This document shows positions 32,033-35,700 of a DNA stretch of 35,700 nt, piece after piece. The stretch lies in contig MEYP01000001.1 of assembly GCA_001775835.1 (NCBI GenBank), positions 7,732-43,431 of the forward strand. Reading direction: 5' to 3'. The notes under the pieces are model-generated. The model saw only the letters and a program-made list of their open reading frames with translations, searched no databases and had not been told where the DNA came from. Made by a program: the position numbers and the translations under genes. The stretch's first letter is position 1. Every line of letters begins with the position of its first letter. Source of the DNA: Candidatus Azambacteria bacterium RIFCSPHIGHO2_02_FULL_52_12 (GTDB lineage: Bacteria > Patescibacteriota > Minisyncoccia > GWC2-36-17 > WO2-46-25).

Positions 32033-35000
32033 TTAATCACCAACCGACGCCCAATTCCTCGACAGCAGGCTGAAATCGAGCGCATTGACGAATCCATCCC
32101 TATTGGCATCCGCGGCGGTATCGGCAGTAAACCACTTCGGAATCATCAGCGACCAGTCGAGAGAATTGACCGTGTTGTCGCTGTTGAGATCCCCCGCGGG
32201 AAGCAGAGGGAGCACGATCGTCGCGTTGGAAGAGATAGTCGCATTTGCCGCTCTTCTCCGCAGATATGTCTGAGAGAATACCAGAATGTCATACCTCCCA
32301 CTTAGAAGCGTGATGCCGGAGGGAAGGGCAATATTTCCCGAGGTATCGGTGCGCGCGGTGAATTGGGCAACCTGTGTGGTGTCGCCGGCATTGAGAACGG
32401 TAAGCGTTACGTCTCTGTTGGACGCATTCGCCGTCCCTTCCAGCCGCACGGTGAAACGGACATTCGTCACGGTTGTCGGGACCGATGCCTGCGTAGTGGC
32501 GCTCACGCCTGAAGTCTGACTGCTCACATTTCCTGCGGCATCATAAGCGGTAATAGTGTAGGTGTAGCTCATGCCTGCAGAGAGGCCTGTGTCTTGGTAG
32601 GAGGTTTGGGCAGTCGAGGCAATCTGGCTTCCTCCGCGATAGATGCGATAGCCTGTTACCCCTACATTATCCGTGCTTGCAGTCCATGAAAGGTTGATCT
32701 GAGATGAGGATTGCGCGGTGGCGGCGAGGTTTGCGGGAGTGGTGGGAGCTTGGGTGTCGGATGAGGGCGGTGGGGCGGAGCCGAGAAGACCGACATATCC
32801 CGCGGTAGAGATGGCGAAGTCGTCGTAGTCTACGTACCTATCAGTGCCATTCAATGAGAAGGCATGATTCGAACCAATAATGACATTATCCCAACCTGGC
32901 TGCGCGTTGTAATTCACATTCGCGTATGAAAAACGCTTCACGCCATCAACCCACATTTCAGCAACTCCATCGCTTCCATTTGTATCCATTTTCATATGAA
33001 TTTCATACGCATGCCACTGACCATCGGAGCGCCTATTACTATTCGCATCAAGCGCGCCGTTCGCCATAATAGTATTCCAGCCATTACCGGACGGAGAAGA
33101 ATAATTAGGAGCTCCGCTAAAAACGACCCAAAAGTTCAATAAATCAAAACTTTTGAATTGAATCGTTGTAGCATCTTGCTGACCCAGGTCAAAATATAAA
33201 GTCTTATAATTTGACAATGAACTCCATTCAAAATCTTTTTCAAATCTCATATACCATCTCATCCAAAACTCTTTTGGAGAAGCGAGACTCAGGCTTGTGC
33301 CGCCACTATTACTAGCTGATCCATCCCCCAGCCAATGCCTCTGCCCTTTACCTCCGCCTCCCGCGGGATTATTCGCGGCGGCGGTAATTTGTTCTTTTGA
33401 ACCGCTCGCGGTGGTCCAGTTCCCGTATCCTACAAGATTGTCACAATTCACATTACTCTTGAGTAACCCCATACCCTGATCCCAATCATTACAATTATAC
33501 GTCGTAGACCAGAGAAGGCCTGAACTCGGAGGCGGTGTCGCGCTCTGCGTCGTCGCGCTTACTCCGCTTGTCTGACTGCTCACATTCCCTGCCGTGTCAT
33601 AGGCGGCAATGGTATAGGTGTAGGAGGTACCTGCGGAAAGGCCCGTGTCTTGGTAGGAAGTTTGAGTGGTAGTAGTAATCTGGCTTCCTCCGCGATAGAT
33701 GCGATAGCCTGTTACCCCTACATTATCCGTGCTTGCAGTCCAAGAGAGGTTGATTTGAGATGAGGATATTGTGGTAGCGGTGAGACCTGTGGGGATAGTT
33801 GGAGCTTGGGTGTCGGAGGGAGGGGGGGAAACGGAACCGAGAGGTCCGATATAGCCCGTGGTGGAGATGGCGATGTCGTCGTAGTCGATTGCCATGTCAT
33901 TCGGCTGGGTAACGTTTTTTGTAAGGCAACCCTTGTTACTGCCAAAAACTAAAGTCGTCCATCCAGGAGCAGTCTTGTAATCGATAGTATTAGAAGAAAA
34001 TCGTTTCACACCATTTATCCATATTTCTCCTACACCATTCGCTCCATTCGTATCCATTTTCATATGCACCTCAAACGGGTGCCACTGGCCGTCAGATATT
34101 CTATTTCCTTGCGGATCAAGCGGCCCATTAGCCATCACAGCGTTCCATCCATTCCCATCAGCAGAACTGTGGTTGCCGCTTCCATTAACCCACATATTGA
34201 CACGATCCGATGAGTACCATTCTGGAACAACAGCATGCGGAAGACCGGGATCAAAGTAAAGCCATTTGTCGGCAATAAGAGGAGTCCACATGATACCAGC
34301 CTCATATTTCATGTAGAAACGTATCCATAACTCGGGGGTAGTTGAAGGAAAAACATAACGAGTTCCGCCACTCGTATTACTCGCGTAATTTCTGTCGGTA
34401 CACAAATTAGTAGATGAAGAACTGGGAGTATAGAAATAAGTAGCCCAATGCCTCTGCCCTTTTCCTCCGCCTCCCGCGGGGTTATTTGCGGCGGCAGTAA
34501 TTTCCTCATTCTTTCCCGTATTAGTAGTCCATCCACCCCACGCAGAAAGGCTGTCACACTGGGTATTGGGATTAAGTCCCTTATTCGCATTCCAATCCGC
34601 ACAATTATACGTCGTAGACCAAAGAAGGCCTGAACTCGGAGGAGGTGTCGCGCTCTGCGTAGTGGCGCTCACGCCTGAAGTCTGACTGCTCACATTCCCC
34701 GCCGTGTCATAGGCGGAGATGGTGTAGGTGTACGCGGTGCTTGCGGTAAGGGCGGTATCTGAATAGGCAGTCTGGGCGGTGGTTGTAATCTGGCTTCCTC
34801 CGCGATAGATGCGGTAGCCGGTTACCCCTACATTATCCGTGCTTGCAGTCCATGAGAGGTTGATTTGAGATGAGGAGATGGGAGTAGCGGTGAGATTCGC
34901 GGGAGTGGCGGGAGCTTGGGTGTCGGATGAGGATGGCGGGGCGGTATAGATAATTTCAAGATAGGGGTCTTCAGAGACGCCCGCGCGTTCAAGAGAATAA

Positions 35001-35632
35001 TACTTGATGCGGCTGCTGCTTCCTTGAGGAGGGTCGTTCAAGACGTCATGGCCTTCGCGAAGAGCGAGTTTGGTAAAGCCGGTTTTGTTGATAGCGGTAA
35101 TACCGGTTGCGTTCAAGGTCCAGAATTGGTATTGAGCGGCAGAGATGCCCGTAATATCAATGCGGTTTGAGAGTTCGGCGGGGTTTGTAAGAGCGCCTGC
35201 TTGGTCAAAATCGTCTAAAATAACATCTCCATTCCCTGCTTGCGTAGAAGGGGTCACGACAATAAAGTCATTCCCGTCATTGTCGCCATTCAAAGTGTTG
35301 AAAACGCGAAGGTAAAGGCGGACGCTTGAAATCACGGCATCATCGGGAAGCGCAGAAGTATCAAAGACAAAAAAACCGCGGGCAATAAAATCGGTTGCTA
35401 TCACTTCCGCACGGGAATCCTCGAGGACAGTGGCAAGTGAAGTGCCCTGAGAGGCATTGTGGGCGCTATCCCATGAGGACGAAGACGCGCCAAGATACAT
35501 CACGTACCCATCGCTTATAGGATAGGTAATAAAGGGGGAGGTTTGGGATTCGCTTGAAAAAACCCCGCCCAGAGCTAAAACGCCAGTGATAAAGAAAAAA
35601 AGAAACAGATGTTTCAGGTAACTGAATTTCAT
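32033..35632 (-). CDS. Large secreted repeat protein: N-terminal beta-rich domain, [FN3 + ~270-aa beta-sandwich-like module] x2, FN3, Ig-like domain, C-terminal dockerin
   Basis: Signal peptide. Three FN3 units (INLSWTASTDNVGVTGYRIYRGG). Two paralogous modules (LLWSTTYNC.DW...AAANNPAGGGGKGQRHW...SDGQWH..E.HMKMDTNG). Dockerin loops DLNSDNTVNSLD and DANRDGFVNALD (nt ~32048-32194). Confidence 0.8.
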   Translation of the reverse strand: MKFSYLKHLFLFFFITGVLALGGVFSSESQTSPFITYPISDGYVMYLGASSSSWDSAHNASQGTSLATVLEDSRAEVIATDFIARGFFVFDTSALPDDAVISSVRLYLRVFNTLNGDNDGNDFIVVTPSTQAGNGDVILDDFDQAGALTNPAELSNRIDITGISAAQYQFWTLNATGITAINKTGFTKLALREGHDVLNDPPQGSSSRIKYYSLERAGVSEDPYLEIIYTAPPSSSDTQAPATPANLTATPISSSQINLSWTASTDNVGVTGYRIYRGGSQITTTAQTAYSDTALTASTAYTYTISAYDTAGNVSSQTSGVSATTQSATPPPSSGLLWSTTYNCADWNANKGLNPNTQCDSLSAWGGWTTNTGKNEEITAAANNPAGGGGKGQRHWATYFYTPSSSSTNLCTDRNYASNTSGGTRYVFPSTTPELWIRFYMKYEAGIMWTPLIADKWLYFDPGLPHAVVPEWYSSDRVNMWVNGSGNHSSADGNGWNAVMANGPLDPQGNRISDGQWHPFEVHMKMDTNGANGVGEIWINGVKRFSSNTIDYKTAPGWTTLVFGSNKGCLTKNVTQPNDMAIDYDDIAISTTGYIGPLGSVSPPPSDTQAPTIPTGLTATTISSSQINLSWTASTDNVGVTGYRIYRGGSQITTTTQTSYQDTGLSAGTSYTYTIAAYDTAGNVSSQTSGVSATTQSATPPPSSGLLWSTTYNCNDWDQGMGLLKSNVNCDNLVGYGNWTTASGSKEQITAAANNPAGGGGKGQRHWLGDGSASNSGGTSLSLASPKEFWMRWYMRFEKDFEWSSLSNYKTLYFDLGQQDATTIQFKSFDLLNFWVVFSGAPNYSSPSGNGWNTIMANGALDANSNRRSDGQWHAYEIHMKMDTNGSDGVAEMWVDGVKRFSYANVNYNAQPGWDNVIIGSNHAFSLNGTDRYVDYDDFAISTAGYVGLLGSAPPPSSDTQAPTTPANLAATAQSSSQINLSWTASTDNVGVTGYRIYRGGSQIASTAQTSYQDTGLSAGMSYTYTITAYDAAGNVSSQTSGVSATTQASVPTTVTNVRFTVRLEGTANASNRDVTLTVLNAGDTTQVAQFTARTDTSGNIALPSGITLLSGRYDILVFSQTYLRRRAANATISSNATIVLPLLPAGDLNSDNTVNSLDWSLMIPKWFTADTAADANRDGFVNALDFSLLSRNWASVGD
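32492..34927 (-). repeat. Intragenic tandem repeat, period ~1.06-1.11 kb (FN3 plus module)
   Basis: The 66-nt core AATCTGGCTTCCTCCGCGATAGATGCGATAGCCTGTTACCCCTACATTATCCGTGCTTGCAGTCCA is identical at 32621-32686 and 33677-33742, and has 2 mismatches at 34787-34852. Confidence 0.9.
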
Positions 35633-35638
35633 GCTACA

Positions 35639-35667
35639 ATCTTAGCATATGCAGGCGCAATTTCCAA
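35639..35667 (-). promoter_or_regulatory. Candidate promoter giving a leaderless mRNA for the 1199-aa gene
   Basis: Minus strand: TTGGAA (35667-35662), 17 nt, TAAGAT (35644-35639), tgtagc, ATG 35632. Confidence 0.5.
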
Positions 35668-35700
35668 CATTAAAAGAAGAAGAGAAAATAGGGCGTCAGG

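Overview
Gene-dense bacterial DNA: standard genetic code, short or overlapping spacers, no rRNA, no transposase or integrase, no CRISPR. The gene set suggests a reduced-genome Patescibacteria/CPR (Parcubacteria-like) organism. This is an inference from content (secretin-less type IV pilus locus, VirB2/TrbC-like pilin, rplK not followed by rplA, GatCAB route), not a measured placement. Layout: 1-7886 is a pilus locus, in order pilB (3' part), REC, pilT, pilC, an anchored pilin-like protein, a canonical pilin, pilD and four minor pilins. 7900-29667 holds housekeeping genes: ligA, gatC, gatA, three tRNAs (fMet, CAT, Asp), pheS, gyrB, secE, nusG, rplK, tmk, gatB, miaA(-), thrS(-), dnaE(-). These are interleaved with small membrane proteins, three tandem DUF218-like paralogues and an internally duplicated T4SS-pilin-like protein. 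29955-35632 (minus strand) is an operon for a 1199-aa dockerin-tagged FN3/beta-sandwich repeat protein plus two cohesin-domain proteins. Five things are not explained by the gene list. (i) Families of imperfect palindromes built from 7-nt words occupy nearly every gene junction of the pilus operon (9 of 10; the pilin-pilD spacer instead has a conventional terminator), encode the long leaders of the minor pilins, and reappear as in-frame heptamer arrays inside ligA, gatA and gyrB. (ii) PheRS is a single-chain, mitochondrial-type enzyme (catalytic core fused to an FDX-ACB domain). (iii) The cohesin-dockerin operon looks like a modular surface-display system. (iv) Several structured non-coding stretches have their own promoter-like signals: an orphan unit at 23737-23992, a pseudoknot-capable leader before dnaE, and twin leaders before secE and rplK. 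(v) -10 boxes sit 6-10 nt from ATG at many genes, suggesting leaderless mRNAs. All homology calls come from motif recognition by eye; no searches were run.
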